Positions 13,548 through 26,518 of a DNA stretch of 64,000 nucleotides are shown one piece after another. This DNA comes from Chiloscyllium plagiosum. Its lineage: Eukaryota. Below the pieces are notes generated by a model. It saw only the letters and a program-made list of their open reading frames with translations, was not told the DNA's origin and did no database searches. How positions within the stretch are numbered: the stretch's first letter is position 1; each line of letters starts with the position of its first letter. The translations under genes and the position numbers were made by a program. Location: the NCBI RefSeq assembly GCF_004010195.1, contig NC_057718.1:73203612-73267611 (forward strand), given 5' to 3'.

Positions 13548-14304
13548 TTATGTGGATAATAAAGGCAATAAGTAAAAAGTGAGCACTCGTAATGGACCAT
13601 GAGCATTCAGTGAACCATGAGAGCTTTTAAACACTGCAAACACTGAATAATCATTGGTTTAAATCTGTGTTCTGTTGGATGGCATATTACTTCTAAGCAT
13701 GCTAAGTGAGCTCTCAGCTCTGTTATTTTGGGTTCCTTATGTAACTTCTGGCTACCCAACTCCAGGCTCCCCTCTCCCTCTGTATGCCCTTGCAGGTTAC
13801 CCCCCCACAATTCATATCAATGCCCACCTCATCAGGCTGTGTACGCCAAATGTATGAAATTCAAATTCTTATCCTTATTAATGGGTTGCTTAATAACCTC
13901 CTTCTATAACCTTGTCAACATCTGGTCCTGCACATCTTATCTCTTTTCCAGACTACCTTTGCCAAATCTTTGGTCATAACCTTCCTAATTCCACACTTTG
14001 GAACTCCTTTGCCCAATAAACTCGTCAAACTTCCCTTCTCACTTTCAAACTCCTGCTAAAAATCTACAGGCTGAATTTTGTGTTGGTTTAAGTGTAATTT
14101 ACATCAAGTTTCTTTGAAGGGATTTTTATCACATGGCCCAGTGAGATTTTTCACTATATTTTAACAAACCTGCCTCCTTAACTAGGAGCAAATTATTGCA
14201 GATGGCTTGAATCTGAACTGAAAGCAAATAATACTGGAGATCACAGCAGGTCAGGCAGCATCCATGGAGAGAAAGCAAGCTGACATTTTGAGCATAGATG
14301 ACTC

Positions 14305-15660
14305 ATAGAGTCAGAGAATCGTAGAGATGAAGAGCATGGAAACAGACCCTTTGGTCCAATCCGTCCATGCCGACCAGATATCCCACCCAATCTAATCCCA
14401 CCTGCCAGCACCCGGCCCATATCCCTCCAAACCCTACTTATTCATATACCCATCCAAATGCCTCTTAATTGTTGCAATTGTACGAGCCTCCACCACTTCC
14501 TCTGGCAGCCATGGCAGCACATACACGAATAAATTGTCACTGCAAATCCNNNNNNNNNNNNNNNNNNNNNNNNNNNNNNNNNNNNNNNNNNNNNNNNNNN
14601 NNNNNNNNNNNNNNNNNNNNNNNNNNNNNNNNNNNNNNNNNNNNNNNNNNNNNNNNNNNNNNNNNNNNNNNNNNNNNNNNNNNNNNNNNNNNNNNNNNNN
14701 NNNNNNNNNNNNNNNNNNNNNNNNNNNNNNNNNNNNNNNNNNNNNNNNNNNNNNNNNNNNNNNNNNNNNNNNNNNNNNNNNNNNNNNNNNNNNNNNNNNN
14801 NNNNNNNNNNNNNNNNNNNNNNNNNNNNNNNNNNNNNNNNNNNNNNNNNNNNNNNNNNNNNNNNNNNNNNNNNNNNNNNNNNNNNNNNNNNNNNNNNNNN
14901 NNNNNNNNNNNNNNNNNNNNNNNNNNNNNNNNNNNNNNNNNNNNNNNNNNNNNNNNNNNNNNNNNNNNNNNNNNNNNNNNNNNNNNNNNNNNNNNNNNNN
15001 NNNNNNNNNNNNNNNNNNNNNNNNNNNNNNNNNNNNNNNNNNNNNNNNNNNNNNNNNNNNNNNNNNNNNNNNNNNNNNNNNNNNNNNNNNNNNNNNNNNN
15101 NNNNNNNNNNNNNNNNNNNNNNNNNNNNNNNNNNNNNNNNNNNNNNNNNNNNNNNNNNNNNNNNNNNNNNNNNNNNNNNNNNNNNNNNNNNNNNNNNNNT
15201 CCTTGTGCTACTCCACTGGTCATAGGCCTCCAGTCTGAAAAACAACCCTCCACCACCACCCTCTGTCTTCAACCTTTGAGCCAGTTCTGTATCCAAATGG
15301 CTAGTTCTCCCTGTATTTCATGAGATCTAACCTTGCTAATCAGTCTCCCATGTGGAACCTTTTTGAAGACCTTACTGAAGTCCATATAGATCACATCAAC
15401 TGCTCTGCCCTCATCAATCTTCTTTTTTACTTCTTCAAAAAACTCAAACAAGTTTGTGAGACATGATTTCCCACGCACAAAGCCATGTTGACTATCCCTA
15501 ATCAGTCCTTGCCTTTCCAAACACATGTACATCCTGTCCCTCAGGATTCACTCCAACAACTTGTCCACCACAGAGGTCAGGCTCACTGTCTATAGTACCC
15601 TGGCTTGTCTTTACTGCCCTTCTTAAACAGTGGCACCATGTTTGCCAACCTCCAGTCTTC
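14305..15660 (-). mobile_element. CR1 LINE spanning an N gap (14550-15199)
   Basis: SQHGFVRGKSCLTNL and DVIYMDFSK motifs; 3' UTR to the left of the gap. Confidence 0.9.
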
Positions 15661-17098
15661 CTGTTCATCAGATTTGAATTCAGCTCTAATGAACAATCAT
15701 CTGCACTCAAAACGTTAGTATGCCACCTTAAACATCTACCTCTACCCTACAGTATCCCTCATTTCTAATTCTGACTTACCATTTACTGTTTCCATCTAGT
15801 CATTGTCTAATAGGGGAACATCACATATTAGCAAGCAGGTGGACAAGTCCAAACATGAGCTCCTGTTAAAAGCCAGCAAAAGTTATGCAAAGAAATCTAT
15901 TTCCTTACCTTCTCAGGCAACTGCTCTTGTTTTCCTACCTCTTCACCATCTAACACACTGCCTCATTGCCTATGCCAAGAATAGCATACTCTGTCTGGAC
16001 TATGCTGGAGGGTGTACCCAGGCTCTAAGTGTGGGATTGCATGTTCTGTACCCTGTTGTCTGTTGCATTATGCTCCTGGTTGAAACAAATGCACCAACTG
16101 AAGCAGCTGTGCCAACTGAATGATCAACAGATGAATGTTTGCTATGCTTTGACTTTCTTCCCATCTCAAAGTCATTTCAACTAGTTACATTCCATTGCGT
16201 TAATTACAGTCCATCATTGTATATTTGTTACTTACGATACAGCAATGTCCCTTATCTCATAGCACCCTTGGAAGTTTCAGAAATGACCGGACACTTTTGA
16301 CCATCATTTACCTCCTTTTAAGTTAATACTGGCAACTTCTACACTTAGATGACAATATTAGTTTGGATCGCACGTGTATTTGCACCATGTGCAAACCACA
16401 TGACCAACACCCTTAGACTGTTGGTGAACTATGCCCCTGACTTCAGTACCAAGACCCCCGACTGTGTTTAACTGGACTGAAGACTAACCCCCACTTATTT
16501 TCCAACATGACCATTTGGTTGAATACATATGCAGACTGCTGGCACATGCTGTCGATGTTAAATTGCCATTCAGCAAGGTGTCCCCACCACCCCAGATGGA
16601 TCCCTAATGACAAGCAGCCTTTGTTGTCTGTGCAGAAAGGCTTGTCAATATAGCAGTACTAATAGCCCTTAGCTCTGTCTTAAGCTCCAATGTGCTAACT
16701 GGCAAGTCAGGGAAGACAACGCATGGATATTGCAAGCATGCAGGTATATGCTAAGTGAGCAAGTACAATGGGAACAAAAAAGCTGCTGAGATGCAGTCGG
16801 CTCCAATCTTTGACTGGATGCCGGTCCTGTGTACAAAGTGCCTCTGTTGCAGCCTTTCAATGCTACTTGCTAGTGTGCCCTGCAATATCAGTCTACTTCC
16901 AGAGATGCCTGCAAGTGGATTGGAAAGGTATCATGAGGGACGTGAGTGGTTGACAAATGTTGGATGCCAGTATCCAGGAATGAGGGTTGAGTGCAGTGCT
17001 GCCTGCGAATCATGTTGTTAGATGCTGTTGGTCCAAAGCAATAAGGAAGTTCTCTTGTGCAACAGAGAAGATGGTCACTAGATACCTGCTCTGATTCC

Positions 17099-17320
17099 CA
17101 GAATTTGACATCAAGCTTGTTTAGAGTGTTCAGTAAGATAGAAATTTGAATATTAATGAGGTAAGTTGGGCAGCATTTAACCAGCTATAATCCCCTGAAG
17201 TCAGTAACTTGTTACTGACTACAGGGGATTATAGCTGGTTAAATGCTGCCCAACTTACCTCATTAATATTCAAATTTCTATCTTACTGAACACTCTAAAC
17301 AAGCTTGATGTCAAATTCTG
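17099..17320. repeat. Near-perfect 222-bp palindrome
   Basis: 110-bp arms, 2-nt loop (17209-17210), one visible mismatch (17198/17221). Confidence 0.95.
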
Positions 17321-17745
17321 TTACTGACTAGTGAAAAAATTGTCTTACTGCTTGACAAAAGCATTAAAAATGCATTAAAATGACCTAACATTGAGATAGT
17401 CCTCAGAGTTCTTGTCCAGTTATGCCTTAAGTCTCTTTATAGCTCACATCGCTCAGACCCCCAAGAATCTGCCTACCTTTTTGACCATGCTTCTGACAGT
17501 CTCCATCTTTTAAGTCAGAATTTGGTGTCTGTTGTTCACCTGTATTGTCACACCTCACTGGGGTTGCACTTTGGAAATCAAGCCCTGTCATTCCCGACGG
17601 CATCACAAAATTTTAAAAGAGTCCTCAGGATTCCCCAAACCACCTGATTTTCAGCCGGGTTGACAGAAAGCACAGTTCAGGTTGCTGCACATAGCAAAAG
17701 CTACTAGTTATTTATATAAATGGATTCTAGCCACAGGTAAACAAT

Positions 17746-20446
17746 TAGAACATAGAAGATTACAGAGCAGTACAGGCCCTTCCCTCGATGTTGTGCCAAC
17801 TTGTCATACCAATCTGAAGCCCATCTAAACTACACTATTCCATGTACGTTCATATGTTTGTCCAATGACGATTTAAATGTACTTAAAGTTGGCGAATCTA
17901 CTACCGTTGCAGGCAAAGCATTGCATACCCTTACTACTCTCTGAGTAAAGAAATGACCTCTGATATCTATCATCCTTCAATTTAAAGCTATGCCCCCTCG
18001 TGCTCGCCGTCACCATACTTGGAAAAAGGCTCTCCCTGTCCACCCTATCTAACCTTCTGGTTATCTTATATGTCTCGATTAAATCACCTCTCAACCTTCT
18101 TCTCTCTAACGAAAACAGCCTCAAGCCCCTCAGCCTTTCCTCGTAAGACCTTCCCTCCATACCAGGCAATATCCTAGTAAATCTCCTCTGCACCCTTTCC
18201 AAAGCTTCCACATCCTTCTTATAATGCGGTGACCAGAACTGTACACAAGTGCAGCCGCAGCGTCACCTCATGGTTCCGGAGCTCGATCCCTCTATTAATA
18301 AAAGCTAAAACACTGCATCCCTTCTTAACAACCCTGTCAACCTGGGTAGCAACTTTCAAGGATCTGTGTACCTGGACACCGAGATCTCTCTGCTCATCTA
18401 CACTACCAAGAATCTTACCATTAGCCCAGTGCTTCGCATTCCTGTTACTCTGACCAAAGTGAATCACTTCACACTTGTCCACATTAAACTCCATTTGCCA
18501 CCTCTCAGCCCAGCTCTGCAGCTTATCTATGTCTCTCTGTAACCTACAACATCCTTCGTCACTCTACCGACCTTAGTGTCGTCTGCAAATTTACTAACCC
18601 ACCCTTCTACGCCCTCATCCAGGTCGTTTATAAAAATGGAGAACAGCAGTGGATCCAACACTGACCCTTGCGGTACACCACTAGTAACTGGACTCCAGGA
18701 TGAACATTTCCCATCAACCACCACCCTCTGTCTTCTTTTAGCAAGCCAATTACTGGTCCAAACTGCTATAACTCCCACAATCCCATTCCTCTGCATATTG
18801 TACAATAGCCTACTGTGGGGAACCTTATCGAACGCCTTACTGAAATCCATATAGACCACATCAACTGGTTTACTCTCATCTCCTGTTTGGTCACCTTCTC
18901 AAAGAACAAAATAAGGTTTGTGAGGCACGACCTACCCTTCACAAAACCGTGCTGACTACCCCTAATCAAATTATTTTTTTCTAGATGATTATAAATCCTA
19001 CCTCTTATAACCTTTTCCAACACTTTACCAACAACTGAAGTAAGGCTCACTGGTCTATAATTACCAGGATTGTCTCTACTCCCCTTCTTGAACAGGGGAA
19101 CCACATTTGCTATCCTCCAATCTTCTGCCACTATTCCTGTAGACAATGACGAATTAAAGATCAATGCCAAAGGCTCAGCAATCTCCTCCCTGGCTTCCCA
19201 GAGGATCCTAGGATAAATCCCATCCGGCCCAGGGGACTTATCTATTTTCACACTCTGCAGGATTTCTAATACCTCTTCCTTGTGAACCTCAATCACACCG
19301 AGTCTAGTAGCCTGTATCTCAGTAATCTCCTCGACAACATTGTCATTTTCTAGAGTGAATACTGTTTAAAAATATTCATTTAGTGCTTCCCCTATCTCCT
19401 CTGACTCCACACACAATTTCCCACTACTATCCTTGATTGGCCCTAATCTTACTTTCATCATTTTTTTATTCCTTAAATACAGATAGAAAGCCTTAGGGTT
19501 TACCCTGATCCTATCCACCAACAACTTCTCATGTCTCCGCCTGGCTCTTCTGAGCTTTCTGTTTAGGTCTTTCCTGGCTACCTTGTAACCCTCAAGCACC
19601 CTAACTGAGCCTTCACATCTCATCCTAACATAAGCCTTCTTCTTCCTCTTGATCAGAGATTCTACTTCCTTCATAAACCATGGCTCTGGTGCTCTACAGC
19701 TTCCTCCCTGCTTGACAGGTACATATTTGTTTAGGAGAGACAGGAGCTTTTCCTTGAATAAGCTCTACATTTCTAATGTGCCCATCCCCTGTAATTTCCT
19801 TCCCCATCCTATGCTTCCTAAATCTTGCCTAATCGCATCGTAATTGCCTTTCCCCCAGCTGTAACTCTTGCCCAGTGGTATACACCTATCCCTTTCTATC
19901 ACTAAAGTAAACATAACAGAAGTGTGATTGCTATCACCAAAGTGCTCACCTACTTCCAAGTCTAACACCTGGCCGGGCTCATTACCCAGTACCAGATCTA
20001 ATGTGGCTTTGCCCCTTGTTGGCCTGTCTACATACTGTGTCAGAAAGCCCTCCTGCACACACTGGACAAAGACTGACCCATCAATAGTACTCGTACTATA
20101 GTGTTCCCAGTCAATATTTGGAAAGTTGAAGTCCCCCATGACAACTACCCTGTCTCTCTCACTCCTATCGAGAATCATCTTTGCTATCCTTTCCTCTACA
20201 TCTCTGGAACTATTCGCAGGCCTATAGAAAACTCCCAACAGGATGACCTCTCCTTTCCTCTTTCAAACCTCAGCCCATACTACCTCGGTTGACGAGTCCC
20301 CAAACATCCTTTCTGCGACTGTAATACTGTCCTTGACCAACAATGCCACACCTCCCCCTCTTTTACCATCTTCTCTGTTCTTACTGAAACATCTAAATCC
20401 TGGAACCTGCAACAACTATTCTTGTCCCTGCTCTAGCCATGTCTCC
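17746..20446 (-). mobile_element. CR1 LINE, EN to 3' end
   Basis: [49 protein letters not shown] and a 3' tail. Confidence 0.95.
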
Positions 20447-23040
20447 CGTACGACTCCCGTGGAGAGTGAGGAGGCAAATATCCTCGCCAGCGGCTTAGCA
20501 ACCTCCTTTCTCGCTTCCCAGAGCAGCCTAGGATAAATCTGGTCTGGCCCTGGGGACTTATCAATCTTAACATTTTCCAAAATTTCTAGCACATCAACTT
20601 CATCAATCTTGATCTGGTCAAGACTGTATCCCAGCTCCTCTAAGTTTTCATTTATAACAAGTTCCCTTTCCTTGGTGAAAACCAAAGCAAAAAACTCATT
20701 TAGGACTTCCCCTATCTGCTCAGACTCCACGCACAAATTCCCTCCGCTATCCCTGATCGGCTCTACCTTTTCCCTGATCATTTTCTTATTCCTCGCATAT
20801 GAGTAAAACGCCTTTGGGTTCTCCCTAATTCTTCTTGCCAAACCTTTGTCGTGTCCCCTCCTGGCTCTCCTCAGTCCATTTCTGAGCTCCTTTCTAGCAA
20901 GTATGTAATCCTCTAAAACTGTGCTAGATTCTTGCTTTCTCCACCTTACATAAGCTGCCTTCTTCCTTTTGATGAGAAGTTCCTCTGTTCTCGTCATCCA
21001 AGGTTCCTTAATCTTACCTCTTCTTACCTGTCTCAGAGGAACAACAACTGCTCCTTAAATAGTCTCCACATGTCTGCTGTGCCCTTTCTGTGGAACAATT
21101 AGTGGGCGGCACGGTGGCCCAGTGGTTAGCACTGCTGCCTCACAGCGCCTGTAGACCTTCCCTCGGTAATTGCTCCTTTCACTTTCCAAGGCTATGCTAA
21201 ATGTGAGGCAGTTGTGATCACTGTCACCAAAGTGCTCTCCCATCGCGAGATCTGACACCTGTCCTGCTCGTTGCCAAGTACCAAATCCAAAATGGCCTCA
21301 CCCCTCGTCGGTCTGTCGACATACTGAGTAAGGAAACCCTTCTGAACACACCTGACAAAATAGGCTCCATCCAAACGATCTGCACTTCCAGTCGATATTG
21401 GGAAAGTTGAAATCACCCATAACAACAACCCTGCTCCTTTTGCATTTTTCCAGAATCTGCTCGCCTATGAGATCTTCAATCTCTCTATTGCTATTAGGTG
21501 GTCTGTAGAAAACCCCCAATGAGGTGGCTGTTCCCTTGCTGTTCCTAACTTCCACCCAAATGGACTCAGTAGAGTAACCTTCCTGAACAATCCTTGTTTC
21601 TGTAGCTGTGATGCACTCTCTGATTAGCAATGCTACACCCCCTCCTCTTTTTCCACCCTCCCTATTCTTTTTAAACTTTCTAAACCCTGGAACATCAAGC
21701 AACCATTCCTGCCCCAGTGAAACCCACGTCTCCATTATGGCCACAACATCGTAGCCCCAAGTACTGATCCATGCTCTAAGTTTATCACTCTTATTTCGGA
21801 CACTCCTTGCATTAAGCATACACACTTTAACCGATCCCCTTGTTTCATCACGTAAAAACCTTTCTTTTAGATTCAATTTATCCTGCCACTGTCACGTCTG
21901 CAACTGACCCCCTCTTAGACATGTGGCTCTGATTCCCACTCCCCTGCCAAATTAGTTTAAACCCTCCCGAATCACACGAGCAAATCTCCCACCCAGGACA
22001 TTTGTACCTTTCCAGTTCAGGTGCAACCCGTCCTTCATGTACAGGTCCCACCTTCCCCAGAACGTATCCCAATGGTCTAGGTATCTGAAGCCCTCCCTCC
22101 TGCACCAGCCTCGCAGCCACATGTTAAGCTGCATTCGCTGACTGTTCCTCATCTCACTATCTCGTGGCACCAGTAGCAAACCTGAAATCACCACTCCTGC
22201 TCTTCAGCTTCCAACTTAATTGTCTGTAGTCACTTTTCAGATCCTCAGTCCCTTTCCTGGCTATATCATTGGTGCCAATATGTACCACGATTTCTGGCTG
22301 CTCACCCTCCCCCTTCAGAATCTTGTTAACCTGATCGACAACATCCCGGACCCTGGCACCAGGGAGGCAACATACCTTAGAGGAGTCCCATTCCTGTCCA
22401 CAAAATCTCCTGTCAATCCATCTAACTATTGAGTCCCCTACCACTAGCACATTTCTATTTTCCCCCCTTCCCTTCTGAGCCACAGTGCCAGGCTCAGTGC
22501 CAGAGACCCGTCCCCACCAGCAGTATCTAAAATGCTGAAGGGAACAGCCACAGGGGAACCCTGCTCTGACCGTCAGTTCCCTTTCCTCCCCCTGACAGTA
22601 ACCCAGCTGTCCTTATCTTGTGTCTGGGGAGTGACCACCTCTCTGTACATCCTCTCAATTTTCCCCTCAGCCTCCCGGATGATCCATAGTTCATCTAGCT
22701 CCAGCTCCAGTTCCCTAACTCAGTTTGCGAGGAGCTGGAGTTGGGTGCACTTCCCGCAGATGTAGTTGGCAGAGACATGTGAAGTGTCTCACACCTGCCA
22801 CATTCTACAGGAGGAACATGCAACTGCCCTAACGTCCATAACCTATTACTCTGACAGCCCGCACAGAACTAAACAAAGGAAGAAAAGGAAAAACAAAGAA
22901 ACCTGAAAACTTACCTAGTTTACAGACTCTTAGTAAGGTTAGAGGAGGTGAGTGGGAGAGAGGCCCTACGGTGTAGGGTCTCGGGTTTCGATCTCCCCCA
23001 CTTAAAAACCTTCCCAGAAGGCCTTCGCTCCTCCCTCACA
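20447..23040 (-). mobile_element. CR1 LINE 5' half: 5' UTR, ORF1 (zinc finger plus SGNH esterase), EN
   Basis: ORF1 VLVVGDSIVR, VVHIGTNDI, DGLHLN; ORF2 MLNARSVRNK, ETW, GGGVALL. A SINE head is inserted at about 21102-21149. Confidence 0.92.
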
Positions 23041-23769
23041 CCTCTCGGCAAATGTGGGGTAAGTCTCCAAATAGCACACACACACGCAGGCAGCCGCAGC
23101 CACACTCATAAATTTTTACTGCAACTATTTGGTAGGTCCCACCTTTGCCCTGTACAGGACAATGCTGGAGAGATTATGTGGGGAAAGGGGGATTTAGGGT
23201 ACACCCCTGTGTAGAACTCCAGATAAAGTGTGGGGAGAGAGAGAGGAGGACAGCTAAATTGCCCGTAGTGTTAGGTAAGGGGTAAATGTAGGGGTATGGG
23301 TGGGTTGCGCTTCGGCGGGTCGGTGTGGACTTGTTGGGCCGAAGGGCCTGTTTCCACACTGTAATGTAATCTAATCTAAAAAAACTAAACAAAGGAAGAA
23401 AAGGCAAAACAAAGAAACCTGAAAACTTACCTAGTTTACAGACTCTTAGTAAGGTTATAGAAGGTGGGTGGGAGAGAGGCCCTACGGTGTAGGGTCTCGA
23501 GTTTCGATCTCTCCCACTTAAAAACCTTCCCAGAAGGCCTTCGCTCCTCCCTCACACCTCTCGGCAAATGTGGGGTAAGTCTCCAAATAGCACACACACA
23601 CGCAGGCAGCCGCAGCCACACTCATAAATTTTTACTGCAACTATTTGGTAGGTCCCACCTTTGCCCTGTACAGGACAATGCTGGAGAGATTATGTGGGGA
23701 AAGGGGGATTTAGGGTACACCCCTGTGTAGAACTCCAGATAAAGTGTGGGGAGAGAGAGAGGAGGACAG
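22867..23769 (+). repeat. 387-bp direct repeat flanking a SINE 3' fragment
   Basis: Copies at 22867-23253 and 23383-23769 with about 6 substitutions; SINE tail at 23254-23382. Confidence 0.95.
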
Positions 23770-24211
23770 ATAGTCATTTGGATACGGTGCCTGTTTAATC
23801 ACTATAAACAAAAGAAACGATCACTGTTGGAAACACATCTTTGATGTAATGTTTCCATCAGGAACTCGAGATCTCCTCTGGATAATCCGAGTGTTGGACT
23901 GGATTGGGGGTGGGGGGCAGTGTTGGATGGTGTTGGGGGAGGTGGGTGGTGTTGCAAGGGGGCGGGGAGGCAGGGAGCAGTGTTGGATGGTGTTGGAACG
24001 GAGGGTGGTGTCAGGTAGGGCCATGGCTGGCAGGCAGGATTGGGGGCCGGGGCATCACGTGCTGTGCCCTGCTGTAGTCTCCAGAATGTGGACCAGACTT
24101 TAAAAACTCTGAGCTCAAGAGGAAAGGCATTTAATCAATTAACCGAATAATCAATTATCCAAACGAAATAGTGCCCGCCCATCACGTTCGGATAATCGAG
24201 GTTCCCCTGTA
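23770..24211. mobile_element. Possible Tigger/pogo-like non-autonomous DNA transposon right end
   Basis: Terminus cggataatcgaggttcccctg followed by TA, with internal ggataatc repeats. The left TIR was not found. Confidence 0.45.
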
Positions 24212-24239
24212 TTGACTTGTTTTAGGCTCAGTATTAAAG

Positions 24240-26340
24240 GAAAAAAAGATGTTGGAGGGAGTCCAGAGGAAGTTCAAAAGAACGATACTAGGATTGAAGG
24301 GCTTGTCATATGAGGAGTGATTGAGTTCTCTGGGTCTGTGCCTGGTGGATTAAGTGAAGGAAAAGGTAGGGGTTCTGATTGTACCTTATAGAATACTGAG
24401 AGGCCTACATAGAGTGAATTTGGGGAAGATGTTTCCACTTGTCGGAGAGACTAGGAGCAAAGAACACAGCCTCAGTGAAGGTATGACCCTTTAAAAGGGA
24501 GGAGGAATTTCTTCAGCTAGAATCTATGGAACTATACCTCCGCAGCCTTCTGTAGTAACAAATAATTGAGTGTATCTAAGACAGATACATAGATTTGTGA
24601 TCAGTAAGAGTATCAAAGGTTATGGGGTAGAAGGCAGGAGAATGGAATTGAGAAACGTACCAGCAATAATCAAATGGCAGAGCAGACTTGATGGGCTGAA
24701 TGGCCTAATTTTTCTCCTACATCTTATAGTTTTCTGATCATATGGTCTAACCTACTCACTGACACCCAATTTGGGTTCTACCAGGGCCACTCATTACAGC
24801 CTTAGTTCAAAAATGGATTTAAAAAGCTGAATTCCATAGGTGGAGGTGAGCAATTGGGAAACAGACCTTGACATCAAAACCACATTCAAGCAAATGAGCC
24901 ATCAAGGAGTCCTAGAAAAACTGGAATCAGTGTGTATTGGGAGACTTTGACAGATGGAGTCATACTTGGCACATAGGAAGTTGGTTATGGTCGTTGGAGG
25001 TCAGTCATCTCAGCTCCAGGACATCGCTACAAGAATTCCTCAGGCTAGGTCCAAGGCCCAACCATCGTCAGCTGCTTCAATAACCTTCCCTCTATCATAA
25101 AAAAGTAGCAATGTTTGCTGATGATTGCACAATGTTGAAGACCATTTGTGCTTCCTCTGGACTGCTGCAATATCAGTGTCCAGGTCTTGTTGCATTTGAA
25201 CAATGTCCAGGCTTGGGATAAAAAGTGACAAGAAATTCTAATGCCAAAAATGCCAGGCAGTAACCATCTCCAATTAAGAGGGAACTCCAACCATTGTTCC
25301 TTGATGTTTAGTGGTGTTATCATCACGGAATGCCCCAATATCACCAAACCTGGTGTTGTCATTGACCAAAAACTCACTGGACTCACCATATCCATATAGT
25401 GGCTGCTAGAGCAGATTACAGACTAGGATTACTGAGTGACTATCTCACCTCCTAATTTCCCAAATCCTGTCCATCATCTACAAGACACAAGTCAGGAGTC
25501 TGATGGGATTCTACCTACTTATCTGGATGGGTGCAGCTCCAACAACATTCAATGTAGCTCAACACCATCCAGGAGAAAGCAACCCACTAAATTGGCAGCA
25601 CATCCACACAAACATCCACTCTATCCACTGATACTCAATAGTAACATTGTTTTATGTGCAAGATGCACTACAGATTTGCCAACGATCCTTGGGGTTATCG
25701 ACCACACACTAAAAACCACACACTGGTCAGCATTTTCACTGCTTACAATTCCTCAGATAGTGAAGCAGTTAGAGTCATAGAGATGTACAACACTGAAACA
25801 GACCCTTCGTTCAGCTCTTCCATGTTGATCAGGTATTCTAAATTGATTAAAAACTCACCTCCTAATGCCAGGATGAGCAGAGGGATCTTGGTGTCCATTT
25901 ACACAGATCTCTGAAAGTTGCCACCCAGGTAAATAGTGCGGTGAGGAAGGCATATGGCGTACTGGCTTTTATTGGTAGAGGAATTGAGTTCCGGAGTCCT
26001 GAGGTCATGATGCAGTTGTATAAGACTCTGGTGCGGCCGCATCTGGAATATTGTGTGCAGTTTTGGTCGCCATACTATAGGAAGGATGTGGAGCATTGGA
26101 TAGGTATATGGAGGATAGTGGGTTAGTGTAGTTTAGGTGGGCTTGGATCGGCGCAACATCGAGGGCCCAAGGGCCTGTACTGCGCTGTATTCTTCTATGT
26201 TCTATGTTGTATGGATAGGTATGTGGAGGATAGTGGGTTAGTATAGGTTAGGTGGGCTTGGATCGGTGCAACATCGAGGGCCAAAGGGCCTGTACTGCGC
26301 TGTATTCTTCTAACTCATTTTCCAGCATTTGGCCCATAAA
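24240..26340 (+). mobile_element. Cluster of CR1/L2-group LINE fragments
   Basis: Old CR1 3' end (24240-24730), a second LINE family RT relic (24745-25700), and a young internally deleted CR1 with a duplicated 3' end (25872-26311). Confidence 0.8.
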
Positions 26341-26518
26341 CACATCCTAATGCCTTGCACAGTCTAGTTCAACGACGAGGTGACAACTAAGCAAAGAGAG
26401 ATTGACTAGTCACTTGACTTCTTAGAAGAGGAAGTATGCATGTTTGACAGAAGTTGACAGCAGTTGATGATGCTGCTCAAGAATCCAGGGCAGTAGTGAT
26501 AGATGGCAGACAATTCTG

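Noticed and set aside
14442..15323. Long ORFs of 234-284 aa
   Set aside because: Artefacts of the N gap at 14550-15199.
15800..17050. Possible Harbinger/Myb-SANT relics or exons here and at about 6980-7620, 52560-52915 and 55020-55620
   Set aside because: Only a vague resemblance; no motif or splice pattern I can support without a database search.
22867..23769. CRISPR-like or satellite array
   Set aside because: Only two long copies in a eukaryotic context; no repeat-spacer periodicity.
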